A stretch of 62,917 nt of DNA, filler included, from Folioceros fuciformis (lineage: Eukaryota): NCBI GenBank assembly GCA_049999805.1. It is 10 parts of 10 records of this genome, joined end to end, with 100 filler letters (N's around TTAATTAATTAA, not from the genome) between each part and the next. Parts side by side here need not be neighbours in the genome. Positions count along the whole stretch, not along the records: positions 1 to 7,169 come from JBNGIO010001670.1; positions 7,270 to 20,705 come from JBNGIO010001673.1; 8 more parts are not named here. One strand, 5' to 3'. A program made the position numbers and the translations under genes. Below the pieces are notes generated by a model, which saw nothing but the letters and a program-made list of their open reading frames with translations, ran no database searches and was not told the DNA's origin. Position 1 is the stretch's first letter; each line of letters starts with the position of its first letter. This document shows, piece after piece, positions 1-12,288 of this stretch.

Positions 1-812
1 CCTCCTGCTTTCACCACCTCCTCGACCGGCTAGAAAGAACGCCTGCGCGGCCACCACACGCGGCACACATTCATGACGTGACATTCATTCAGTCATTCAT
101 GAGATTTGACACACAAAACTGCACACGCAGCAATCTTGCGATTGCGACCCCATCTTCACAAGGTTGCACAACTCTTGTGCCTATCCGGGTCCAAACCCGG
201 GATGTCGGCCCAACACAATTCAGATTCCCTTACGTTATATTCCCCGTTCTCTGATGCAGATGTATCGGCGAAGTCCAGGATGCGAAGCTCCTCACTGCCG
301 CTGTTGTACCACCATGAAGCTACTCCCCGCGGTAACGCAACGACATCGCCGCGCCTCACCCGACGGATTCTGGAGCTTTGCGCGTACCCGCTCAGAACGC
401 CCACGATGCCCTCACCTGCACATATAGGAGCGGAGCGCCCATCCACACTTTCAGCTCGACCTCACGTCGCAACAAAAGACCCATCTTCACCAACCATACA
501 CAACCAACATGCGTTATAATGCTCCAGAGCAACGTCCTTGTGGAGTCGTGTCGTCTCACCTTCTTCGACGTACCCGACGGCCGCAGCATCAGAGTACTTG
601 GGCAGGAACAGACCACGTTGCTTGAGCACCACCCTGGCGGATGCAACGTTAGCATCTCTCAGAGCCCGGTTATCGGGCTGCCATTGCTCGATCCGACCTC
701 CGTCAGTACGAAACACCTCCTCTGCCTCTCCCAGCCGAAGCTCCTCACGCTTGCCAGAGGCCAAGGACGCAACCAGGAGCAAGCCCAACACCCACAACAG
801 AGAGCGAGCCAT
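1..812 (-). CDS. 11S globulin/legumin-like cupin storage protein, 5' part (runs off the window)
   Basis: ATG at 812 with a signal peptide (MARSLLWVLGLLLVASLASG). Exons 812-560, 415-234 and 42-<1 are separated by GT-AG introns. Motifs GGRIEQW, GLFLPKYSDA, RGDVVALPRGVASWWYN and FFLAG are typical of the first cupin domain of 11S globulins. Confidence 0.85.
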
Positions 813-1593
813 GACGACACCACTAGTGCAGATCTCTATCCCAGACAACGCCAGACACCGAGTGCCGAGGAATGAGAAATGCAGCGACGAGTAGCCGCAT
901 TTGTACTCCCAGGAGAAGTGCTGTGCGAGTAAGGTGCTTTGAATCTGCACGGGCAGTGAACAACCACGCGCAAAGTTCCGGACTGAAGCTCCCACTGGGC
1001 CATCACTGCTAGTTCGTCACAATCCCACTGCACGAGTACTGGCACAATCCCACTCGTTCCAGAGTCCCCGGAGACGCAAGAATATGCCGTCGGCATGCCG
1101 TATGACACTTCACAATTTATCTTGACCAAACTTGCCCCTCAGTGAAACAAGGCATGCAAATCGAGCACACATCAACCATGTCGACGTAAACACAGGGCGG
1201 ACATCACTCCCAGCCGTGAGTCCAAAGACTTTCCTCACCGGATGCAGGAACAAGATGTGGAACTAAGCTGATAGGCCAGTTTGGAGGACACAAGCACCAA
1301 AGCTTGAGGAGTGATGTTTGGAGGAAATTTGTGAAGAGATTTGAAGCATACACTCCAAATAATGCTTAATGAGAACATTGCAAGCAACATATGTTGCAAA
1401 TCAACATCAAATATGAGTATGAAACTTTGTAATAGATTTGATTGTCCACTTGCTTAAAATAGCTTACTAAATAATTAGCAAACACCTAGCAAGTAGCATT
1501 CTTCATTAACCTAGCTAGAGTATTTTTCAATTGGAGTGAATAGGCTAATAACATAAGAGTTGGTTGCATATTATCTTATAAAAAATTTATTTA

Positions 1594-3983
1594 TCAATAA
1601 ATTATCCACTCTGTAAAAGCAGTTGAATGATTGACCCTAGAAAGGAAAAGCTCATTGTAGCATTGATTGACATCAAGTTTAATGTCAGAATTGCTAGATT
1701 TAGGAAGTAAGGGCTGGGTTCTGTAAGGTACCACCAGGTTTTGTGTCCTCTGGGTAAGCTGCAAGCTAGGTTTTGTAATTGACTCATTTAGTTGGAGTTT
1801 CTTATAAAGAGAGTCGTCAATGTTTGTAAGAAGTAGAGGACATAATCGATCAACTTCATAGCAAACTTTGCCTTCATAAACGTCTTTCACATATTGCATT
1901 AGTAGGTTGATGAATCTCTTGTCGCCGTCACATGATGAATTAATTTTGCTAGCCAACCAATTAAATACGGATGATTTAGCTTTGATATTTTGCAAACTTG
2001 ATAGACTAAAGACTTCCTGATAGCGAAGTACTAAACAATGACCCTTGCTATTGGGGCATGCAAATAGAGGGAACCATTGACTAAGCAATGAAGAATGTTC
2101 CAATGTACTAAGTCCTCTGTACAAAGACATAATACCTGGATCTTTGAATGAGAGATGATGTATGAACTGGTCTGAAGATCCGTCCATAAATTTGAAGTCC
2201 ACTTTGTGATTTTGAAGAGTTGAAACAGTCTCATTCAAGGCACTTTTGAGAAAGAAGAAAAAACTTCCATATATATCATGCTGAGGTAGAAGAAATCGAG
2301 ACAAGTGTTCAGCAAAAACCTGCAACATATCAAGAGTATTTATGATTTTTGCAAACTTCAAGCTACAAGTATGAGGAATGTGAGGGGCAGGGTTGAAAAG
2401 GGTGTTAGAGACTATACCTCATTGATGGGCCAACCGCCAAAGCAATCAAAAGCATTTGATGGACCAATCCACCCCTTACAAGGTGAAAACAAGGTGGGAT
2501 TAGGGATAACATGGTGACTTGACAATTGGCCAAATGGTAATAGCATTCCCGTACGACGAAAATGCTTCACAACTTCAACATGCTCTTGAATGAGGTAGTC
2601 CTCTATTGCTTGGCTACTATCAAATGTAGATACAATTTGTTGTCTAGTTGATTCATACCCTGCCTCAGACCAGTTCAATAATGTCATCTCCAACAAATAC
2701 TTCCAAATTTTGGATCCTTGGGTATGAAGATGGACACAACATTGGGAGTTGTGTGCGTCATTCACAATGCAATCCGTATTTCTTTCAGGAATGTTATCTA
2801 ATTTTCTTTGTAACCCTAGCATGCTTGAAGGGGCATTCATATCCAAAACCCCAGAGTTTTTAAGGATGATTGTGATGGTCTCCATAAGCACAAGGTATTG
2901 TGGCACTGTCAAGAAAGCAGAGTACCAAATAGCTATGATAGCATCCACAACAGAATGAGGATAAACTTGATTAGCCCAAGATGCTAGTAAAGAACAGATG
3001 ATGAGATTCCTAGCAATAGCATGGTGATTTGGACAATTGATGTACAAAGTGATCTCTCCTTTGTTATGCAAATTGCCAGGGCCCTCAAACCGACAATCAC
3101 CCTTTATTTGACGGAGAGTTTGAATCACGCTACTCAAGTCGGAACAACCATCAAAAGAGAAGCGTAACGGAGTTGGGAGAATCTTGTCTGGACCCTCATA
3201 ATTTAGTAAGGCAACAACAGGAGTAGTGTCCCATTTTATTGCAGCATCATTTTGTGCATATACATACTTATTCCTTCCTGATTCCTTGTTTTCCCTTTCA
3301 GGTGGTTTCATGATGCGGTCACAGAGTGGTTGATGTCCGTCTTCCCAATGCTCTGCAAAGCACTGGGAGCTACAATAAGGACTCATATTGCAACGGCTAC
3401 ATATGTGCTGTGCAATATTTTGGCAAGGGGGTCTTCCACTATTACAATCCCAATTAGCACACATATAATACATAGGACATACACCCATGTCCATGGCGGA
3501 ACCAAGTGTTCCTCCCCTTTCTGTACTTCTTCCAAGAGGTTCCAATTCGATGGGAAATGCAAATTTGAGAATGTGTGGTGGATAGATGTAATTGTTGAGG
3601 CACAAATTTACATAGGCAAGAAGACACTTGCCAACTTCTATACTTCTTCTTTGCAGCACATATGGATTGAATAGTTCTTGCATACCTTCTTCTCTTTCAT
3701 GATGCAAGAGCCCTTGCATTTCAGCGCGAATGTTAGGATGAGTCATGAGGTTTAGTATGGCTGCTCTCTTTTGTTGTTCATACATGAAGTCCACTTCCAT
3801 GTATGACTGATCTTCTGCATTGTGCCACGTTTTCAACAAGTTCACATGACTGTAGGATAGTGCCTTTAGTTTCTCTAGAAATTCAGCTGGGAAATAGTCT
3901 CTAAGAACATGTTTCAAGTTCATGGCACCAATAATGTTGGTTTGGAAGAGATAAGCCCAAGAAACATCCTGTAAGTAATCCAT
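1594..3983 (-). CDS. MYND zinc finger + DUF4470-like domain protein (at least 763 aa; possible further 5' exons)
   Basis: Exon 3983-2418 and exon 2319-1594 join in frame through a phase-0 GT..AG intron (2417-2320). It has a MYND finger (CSRC..YCSSQC..HW..GHQPLC) and DUF4470-type motifs (DLSSVIQT, ARNLII, AIWYSAFL, FRRTGMLLPFG, PNPTLF, DIYGSFFFFL). A possible upstream in-frame exon lies near 4060-4132. Confidence 0.7.
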
Positions 3984-4999
3984 ATTATATGGCTTCCTCA
4001 GCTCAAGCTGTTAACAATTACGAGCCCAATCGAATCTATTCAACCTGATTGTCTGCTTACTTCAGTTGTCAAGATTGATAGCTCGTAGTGCAATCCAACC
4101 TCCCTCACTCTCACTCTCTTGCTCCACTCAGCTGAAGGAAATGCTGTCTAGTTCATGTAACGACGCTACGTATCGAAATCGAATTCCACTGAAAAGTCTT
4201 CATACTTCTCGACGATTGCGTTGTCGATGTGTAACACAGAGCTTTTATATTTTCCGAAGGGGACAAAGAAATGGAGCGCCAGGAGCCCTAGAAGTGGACG
4301 AGGAGAGAGCAGTTGGATCGCATCCAGTTTGAGGACTGGAAGCAGAAATCTGCGATGGAGCCAGCTCGGTGAGGGGACGCGATGGGGATCTGGCTTCCTG
4401 CAACGCCGGCGTTTTGGTTGCTTGTGTCGGTGTGATTCGGGTGGCTTTCTAGTAAGGGGGTAGTGTACTCTACAGAGTTCATTCACTCAACCAATGTTCA
4501 ATCCTGGGTATCGTGAATCAACGTGGGAAAGGGGGTGAAGGTTTCAAGCAGGAGCCATTGTGTCTCAGTGGCACCGGGTTCAACTGCAACCTGGGTATAG
4601 CACTAGGATTAGTGGTTATAGTCATGGACTGCCGTGGATTAAGGGATGGTGTAGCATCCGTTTCAGTTTGCCCACTGCTGGGCTCCAAACGTCGCTCTTC
4701 CAAGGATAGCTGCTGAGGCTGTGATCAACAACGTCTTGTCGGTATAGGTCTTCTGTCGTTTGCCTGTGCTCGAACTCGACGGATCAGAGTAAGCAATGGC
4801 ATCATGAAGCACTGTTCTCCAAGGTAGAAGTTAGCATCGATTGACATCCCACACATGATCCCAGTCACCACTGAGACTAACTAGTACTACACATCTGACG
4901 TGGAGACTAGTCATGGCCCTTGTCACGAGACCGGGCCGAGTCGACTTCTTTAGTCAAGACTGATAAAGCGAGCCTCCATGTCTTCGATTCGTCAGCTGC

Positions 5000-6900
5000 T
5001 CATTCTGCCAGCCTTCTGCGCATCCTGCAACATGCAGGCCAACTCGTCTTTTTCTGCTTCCAAAGGAGCGACGTTCACAAGTGACTGTTCGAAGTTGCTT
5101 CTGACTCCTCCAATAACTGCTTACTGTGCATGCATGCATGCATAGTCAGAAATGGAGGAAAGCAAACGCTTCCTTCCAAAGATGTTTCTAATGTTCGCTC
5201 CAGATGACCCTAATCCGTTCTTCATGACTTAGCTGTGATTGTCTTTCATTTTCAAACCATGCTATCTCGTTAGCAGCTACCTCCAGGTTGGTCTCCAGAG
5301 CACAGATTTCCTGTGTAGCTTCTATCAACCTGCTTTCTACATGTGCAGTTACTGCTCGTAGGTCTCTCCAGGATCGTCATGCATAGCACCACTATTTGGC
5401 AGAGAAGGTTCTTGAGCAGAAAAACCTGAAAATTCGGTGACCTCAGCTTGCAAGCCAGCTACCGAAGTGCACTTTGTATTTAACTCCGCCTCTGCTTTGC
5501 TGAGACTCGTATGCAGGTGCACGTTCTCATTAGCCACCTCCCTTGCATCAGTTTCGAGGTTCTCCAACTTCTCATGCAAATGTCCTCCCTTGTTCTCCAA
5601 GCTCTGAACTACCTGATCCCCTCCCTTGACGTCTGCTTTATACGCTTCGACTGGCAGACTTGAATCAATTACTGCAAGCTGCACTTCCTGGTCATGAAGG
5701 TGTTGATCTTTGCGCTTCAACTTTCCCGGGCCGCAAACACTGCTTCGCTGTGTCTTTGCTGCTCACATAAGAATGACTTGAGATCACTGTTAGTCACGTT
5801 CAAGACTTTCTTGCTCTTTCTTTCGCTCATGTGGAGTCTCTCCCATATCTTGAATTGCAAGTACTAGCTCCATGGTTCATCATTGTGTCTTTTCTGCTGT
5901 TGCAGCTTCACATTGATGCGCATCTCCTCTTGGTAAGAAAGTTCCTCGTCCATCTCTTTCATCACGTGCTTTGCATCCTCAGCTTGCCTGTTCCCATAAT
6001 CTTCTCCACTCTCTCTCTTGAGAAGCGTCCTTCTCAGATTGTAGCTGGTCCAGCTCCAATTGAAGCCTATCGCTTTCTAATGTCCGAGCAGACTTCTCCA
6101 CATCAGCCTGGGCTCCGTGCTTGACCTGAGCTGCAAGCGTTTGTTTCCATCACTCTGGAGACAACTGCTTGGAAATCATCAGGCCGGAGCAGCCCAAGCC
6201 TGGCCAAACAAAGCAACCGAGCAGCAAAATTTGCTTCATGACCAGTAACTGTTGCATAATCATCCCTGGTGGCATTCCCAAAGCTGTCAGCAAAGTAGGG
6301 GAATATCTCTCCCACAGCAGCGCGGAGAGACACTGGTAGGATGGACACCTTGCTCATCCGACGTCATTCCCTGTGCGCTGGATTGCGGTACCTCACAGGC
6401 TGCTTCCTTGGGGAAATCTCATCCTCCCACTCGGTCATCACCGACAGCACCTTCAGCATTGCGTTCAGCGTGCGAGACTCCTTGCAGAAATCCGAGAGCT
6501 TATGACCCTTACTGGACTCGCTGAGGGCTACGATCAATCCCTAAACCGTCTTGCAAGCTTCAGACTGAGTCTTCTTGAAAAGCTCAATATCGTTCGAGTC
6601 TCGAGGGAGTAGTGACCCTCCCTGCAAACCGACAGCCGAGTCGGATACCTGAAGCGCAATGCTGCAATTCCAAGGGCTTGGAAACGAGCCAAGGCAGTGG
6701 GAGCAATGAAACTTGGTCGCCTGCTTGAGGGAGTGTGGATTCTCGTCCAGAAGGCAGCTCGCTGTCGGGAGCGACTGGAAAAGGGAATGAAAAGTTGTCT
6801 AGTCTGCGCAGCCGGGTGGAGTTCCCCGGTGTCGGACCTCTAACCAACTCCGGCCCCACCATACAGTCTGTTTTTTTTGTGTTTGTGGAATTTTGTCTCC
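5000..6900 (-). pseudogene. Decayed long reading frame with a coiled-coil C-terminal half; unknown family, possibly TE-associated
   Basis: ORF pieces 6357-6103 and 5720-5349 plus upstream codons read through isolated TAG/TGA stops and frameshifts. The sequence is E/K/L/Q-rich and heptad-like. Boundaries are approximate. Confidence 0.35.
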
Positions 6901-7169
6901 TGAACATGTACTGTACAGTATTTTGTCTCCCACCTGCCGGTCAAGGCATTGTCGTAGCGCCACTTAGACCTTCACGACGAAACTGTCCGCTTGGCAGGCC
7001 GAGAGGAGAACTCGGTGCAGTGTCCGGTGTTGCCAGCCAGCTCCGAATTCGTCGACATCGCTCAGGGTGATCGGCAGTACCGGCAAGGTCGAGCTCCCGC
7101 GTGTGGTGTGGTTTGCCAATGGAGGCAGAATTGGAGCAGACCGGGCCCGGGCTGCGCAATTCCCCGATG

Positions 7170-7269
7170 NNNNNNNNNNNNNNNNNNNNNNNNNNNNNNN
7201 NNNNNNNNNNNNNTTAATTAATTAANNNNNNNNNNNNNNNNNNNNNNNNNNNNNNNNNNNNNNNNNNNN
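7170..7269. other. Artificial contig-joining linker (N44-TTAATTAATTAA-N44)
   Basis: Identical 100-bp spacers with stops in all six frames also occur at 20706-20805, 25511-25610, 41826-41925, 45912-46011, 49159-49258, 52612-52711, 55864-55963 and 60028-60127. Confidence 0.98.
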
Positions 7270-8888
7270 CACCTGGTCAGGTCTTAATGCGCTCTACGAT
7301 GCGGTCAGCAGTGCCAGTGACGTGTGGGTGAATGAGCGTCGGTTTAGAATTGTGAGGCAGCTGGGGGAGGGTGGTTACGCGTTTGTGTATCTGGTGAAAG
7401 AGCAGGCAGGTGGCAGGCCGTCCCGGCCCCCGAAAGATCCTTCTCATGTTGCAGGTGAGGCTGCGGTCCTGGTGTTGGGGGCCATTTGCAGGTTGAAGAG
7501 TGGGGCGTTGACATAGGGTTCGCCTTATGTTTGTTCCTGTTACCTGATCATGTGTCTTGGAGTGGTGTAGAGGATGGGGAGTATGCACTGAAGAAAGTGC
7601 TGGTGCAAACAGACGAGCACTTGGCACTGGTGAGGCAAGAAATTCATGCGTCTTCTCTGTTCGATCATCCCAATTTGCTGCCTCTTTTGGACCATTCAAT
7701 CGTGGCGGTGAAGGTACGTTGCTTGGTTCATGAGAAGAAGTGCCTGTTAATCAGGGTTGGTGTTGTGTCGAGTTGGGCTTAGGCTCCCTCCCTTGGGCGT
7801 AGATTGCCTGTGAAGTTTACTGAAGATTGATAACTATAAACGTCACTTCTTCCAGGGCACACAAACTGGTACGTGGAATCAGGAGGCTTATTTACTCTTC
7901 CCTGTACACATGGAAGGGACACTGTTTGATCAATTGGTTAAGATGCAGGAAAGGAAAGAATATTTCCCCACTATCACTGTGCTCCACATCTTTAGACAGG
8001 TAGGTAGGCTACCTTGGCTTGATATAGGGATGATGGTTGGGGCAAGGATTGTTTTGATCTGACTGCGTTTGAGTCCATGGATGGCTTTGCGTCTCGTATC
8101 TGAGATTGTTCATGTTTGAGCCAGCTGTGTGCAGGTTTGCAGTACATGCACAACTTTGAACCCCCTTACGCTCACAACGATGTGAAAGCTGGCAACGTGT
8201 TGCTCACGAGCAGGAATGAAAAACCACCCTTAGCAGTGTTAATGGATTTTGGCAGTGCAACTCCAGCAAACAGACAGATACGCTCTCGAGCTGAGGCACT
8301 TCAACTCCAGGTGAGGTCGTATTGGTCACGTTGGTTGCCAAGTCTGCTTGTGGATGCGTCCTTTATCTCACTTATTTCGATATATTTGGGCTTTTGCAAC
8401 AGGAATGGGCAGCTCAACACTCATCTGCGCCGTACCGGGCACCTGAGCTATGGGACTGCCCAAGCCATGCCGACCTAGATGCAAAGACAGACATTTGGTC
8501 CCTTGGTTGCACTCTATTCGCTCTCATGTGAGTTTGTCTCAAAATGTTACTTGTCTTGTGCACCTGCCCCCCTGCATACTTGCTCATTTCTTGTGGTTGC
8601 TAACCTGGCAGGTATGGGGTATCACCATTTGAATACTCCCTGGGAGAAGCCGGAGGAAGCTTGCAGTTAGCTGCCATGAGCGGTCAGCTCAAGTGGCCTC
8701 CACCTGCTCGCCCACCATATCCAGAGACACTGCATGCCTTCGTGATATGGATGCTGAATCCTGAAGCTTCCTTGCGGCCAAAAATTGATGATGTGATCGT
8801 GCACCTTGAGAGGATGTTGGTGACTTTCCCACCTGGTTTACCCTTGGATGTTAAGATAGACATAGCCCCAATTCACAACACCATGTGA
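7270..8888 (+). CDS. STK16/NAK-family Ser/Thr protein kinase (first few codons cut off by the linker)
   Basis: Spliced exons give SGLNALYDAV..VWVNERRFRIVRQLGEGGYAFVYLVKE, YALKKVL, HNDVKAGNVLL, MDFGSA, SAPYRAPELWDC and TDIWSLGCTL. Stop at 8886-8888. Confidence 0.93.
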
Positions 8889-9239
8889 AGCTTGACGGTT
8901 GTATAATTGCAGATCGGCGCACCCTAACGGGTGTGGCAAACCATGTATGTTCGTAAAACTCTATCATTCTTGCAGGTCTATCGGACACTGTGCTCTGTGC
9001 CCTTGAATTACCATGAAAACGCCAGAACAGCCCACCAATTACCAGGAGCCGCTGCTGGTACTCTCTTTGGCAATCAGTGGCTGTGCCCTAAGCCCTAAAC
9101 TTGTTTTAAAAGTCTTTGTCAACGCCCCAGTCTGGCACGACAGTGCAATTTTCCCCCCTCTTAAAGCTCGTACGTGATTAAAGTTCTCTCGCTCTGTTTA
9201 GTCCCCATATGCAAAATCATTCCAGTTGAGAAAAGCTTT

Positions 9240-9408
9240 CGTTCTTATGTCGTCCACGTGCATAGTGGAGTACAGAAGCTTCGGAATGTAAACTATCGTT
9301 CTCATGTCATCCACGTGCGTAGTGGAGGACAGAAGCTTCGGAATGTGAATTTTCGTTCTCATGTCATCCACGTGCCTATTGGAGTGTAGAAATTTCGGAA
9401 TTTAAAAC
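9240..9408. repeat. Three tandem copies of a 57-bp unit, each with CACGTG
   Basis: Units start at 9240, 9297 and 9354 (cgttctYatgtcRtccacgtgc...cggaat). Confidence 0.9.
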
Positions 9409-9441
9409 AAGATTATGACTGTATCAAAGAGCCGGACCGGG

Positions 9442-9513
9442 AGGCCCCACCGAGATTCGAACTCGGGCTCTTGGATTCAAAGTCCAATGTCGTAACCACT
9501 AGACTATGGGGCC
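9442..9513 (-). tRNA. trnQ-UUG: tRNA-Gln (anticodon UUG)
   Basis: 72-nt cloverleaf: GGCCCCA/TGGGGCC acceptor stem, D-loop AGTGG, anticodon arm TTGGA-CTTTGAA-TCCAA, T arm CCGAG-TTCGAAT-CTCGG. No encoded CCA. Confidence 0.97.
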
Positions 9514-10079
9514 CTGACCACCACTGAAGCAGAAGTATTAAAAAGGCCCACTGAAAACTCACTTGTTATAAGATTCTATCCATTTACCCTAAGCTAGTGC
9601 AGATGGCGTAGTCCAAAAATCGTAATTAAGCGAGTCCAAAACATGAATAGCGTAACAAGTGCCGAACAGGATGATTAAGCATCCTCGAACGCGATAATTA
9701 GGCATCCTGTGCTCGGTATTGTATTAGAAGGGGTGACAAGGATGCAAGTAACTTACTTACATATGAAGTACCAAGTCCATCCCATGGAAATCCGCCCTCA
9801 GTGAACTCGCATAGTCTTTTCTTTCTCCTTCTGTTCCTTGTGGTTGCCCAATCATTTCACCTTATTCCTCTTGGCTGCCCACTTGATCGTGGTGTCGGAT
9901 ATGTAAACAGCTGAACGGCTCGCTCTCACTCAGCAACCCCGCTAACATGAGCAAGCTAGCAGACTTTGCAAATGCTGTGAGTGCAACCTCTTTGTTCAGG
10001 ACCACGTGTAATGCGCAGTCTTTCTTCGTTCTAATCTAAGGAAATGAGTCGCGGGATCACTTGATTGAACGTAGCCGTG

Positions 10080-11804
10080 TCACTCCAAAAGATGGTGCAC
10101 CCATTTGTCTAGGATGAACTTGGATCCGTACCAAGGTCTGTCATCGTTTGCTCCTACGGGAGAATGGTAGACGCCGTCCATAGAGATGTTCAAGGCTCCG
10201 TCAAGGTGGGCTGACACTTCCGGCACCACACCATCCCCCCAAACATCTGACCGACCACACACCTGCAAGAAATGGTTGCAGTGAGTTAGAAAAGAAATGA
10301 GGTTCTCTGTGATGACCACATCCTATCGCGGTCATCTTGCTTACCTGCTTGTATCCTTGGCCGATTAGGCGTGCTCGAAAGGTAGGTGCTGGGTTGTCTG
10401 CTGAGCTACCGGTAATTGTCCCGCTCTTGGATTCCTCTGGAAGCTCGGTGGCCACCACCGTCTGATTGCCATTGGAGGTTGCAACTGTACCTAGCCCTGT
10501 GGCAGCAACCGTTGTATCTTTGGCCGGGAAGAACTGTGCCCCCTTGAGGTATCTGCAGACGAGCCATGACTTAGGGCTACCGCGGGTGGGAAACCGGCAC
10601 CATTTGGTTCCTCATGTTGGAGGATTCATCTTCCACTGTACCTGCCTGATATACACACATACTTCACGTCTGGTGAATGGAACGCGCCGGGATACCTATC
10701 CTCGATGTAGTTGAGAAGGCCCCTTGTTTGGTCAACAACACCCTTCACCCCCTTGGGGGGTGGCCTGCATCATCATGCACAGCAGCAGATTCCAAGCATG
10801 TTTAGGATGTTGACCGTGGAGCCTGGGTGGTCAAACCGAGCAGAAATACGTTTGTAAGGTGTGCATTCGAGTTCCAGTACAGGTGAGGGCTTCCGAGAGT
10901 CAAGAGCAGGGCAACATCATGGATGCCAATTTCACCCAAGTACAACCGAGCCAGCCAGCCACCTGCTGAATGGCCAATTATCGAGATCTTGGCGCCTGCA
11001 CAAGGAAGCAATCCTTCAACAAACAATGCAAATGCAATTCATCAGCAGTTCAAAGGATTGTCCAGACTGCACAAGAGAAGTGAAAACGTAAAATTACCAG
11101 CCTGAGGGCAGAATGCTTTGGCTTCCTCTACGGCGGCTTGTACTCTCTCCAAGTACCTGAAAGTATTGCATGCAGCCTCAGTCACCAGCATGCCGGAGAC
11201 TTTCTATTGGCTCTGTGATGAAACAACCTCCATCAGCTTACCAGTCAAGAACAGGTCTGGGGCGCAGATTCCCAGCCCAGTAGTCTGCTTCCAGCAGGCC
11301 GGCAGCATTTTTAAGCCAGTCCGGGCGGGACACCTTGGCGACAGTCACGGACAGCCCTCTGGCGCTGAGAGAGGCTCCCAGCGAAGTGTAGTCAGACGAA
11401 TTGTTCCCCAAGCCCTGGACGACAAAGGACCGTAAGCTCAGGAAATCCAGCATCAGCACACTTGTTGCATATCAATGTGCAGGTCAATTTTGCGATAAGA
11501 GAGCTCGTGACTCCTTCCACAAACATCGATCCAGCACTCAGCGATGGAGGCGGTTCCGTGGACGAGATGAGAATTTCACCGGAAGGACGACAACCGGACG
11601 GTACGCAAGCGATCTCCCGGCTTCTCCCTCAGCGTCACCATCCACTGCCTCACGTTGAGTGCTCACTGACACCGCCCGAATTCGGACGCCAGAGGCTCCC
11701 CGTCCGAACCTAATGAAGAGCTGTTGCTGCTGGATATGCTCCCCGCGCGCCTTGTGGATGGGAGCAACATACGTCGCAACCTGCGACGCCAGACTTGCCA
11801 CCAT
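10080..11804 (-). CDS. Alpha/beta hydrolase (PGAP1-like/lipase fold), probably plastid-targeted
   Basis: Multi-exon. Motifs RPVVVLP|GLGNNSSDY, VSRPDWLKNAAGL, nucleophile elbow IGHSAGGWLAR, LTLGSPHL, WGDGVVPEVSAHLDGA and YHSPVG. Stop at 10080. Confidence 0.88.
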
Positions 11805-12182
11805 TATTTCTGGTGCCCGAGCCTGAGTCGCAGCGTGATCCTGCACACCTTACTGGTGCTGCCCGAGCACCAGACAGGAAGCCAATGGGCTCTGAGACGT
11901 CCACCCCTAGACGTACCGATTTCTAAACGTAAACAGTCACATTCCGGCGATTGGCTTGCCTGCATGCGGATCGTATCATTGTCCAAGCCCAGGGACGAAG
12001 GAGAATGCAGAGCCGGCTATTGAGTTGTTGTATCGTGTCTTTCTATGTCTTGTCCCCACATGCGTATGCAGGCAGCTTTGCGCGAACCGTACTCGACGGC
12101 CCATTGACTCCCTACGGTTATTGCGCAACAAGAGCTCACCTAATGAGATGCTCACATTGCCCACATGGGCAGCCGGTACTGT

Positions 12183-12213
12183 TCAGCTGCTCAGCTGCTC
12201 AGCTGCTCAGCTG
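12183..12213. repeat. (TCAGCTGC)n microrepeat, about 4 units
   Basis: tcagctgc x3 followed by tcagctg. Confidence 0.8.
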
Positions 12214-12288
12214 GCTGGATCCAACACACTGCTAAGAGATCGAGAGATTACTGGCAGACCCAGGACCCCACCTGGACACTCATTCCAA

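Noticed and set aside
7214-7225. Recurring TTAATTAATTAA as a biological repeat or CRISPR-like element
   Set aside because: It is always centred in exactly 100 bp of N padding, so it is an assembly linker.
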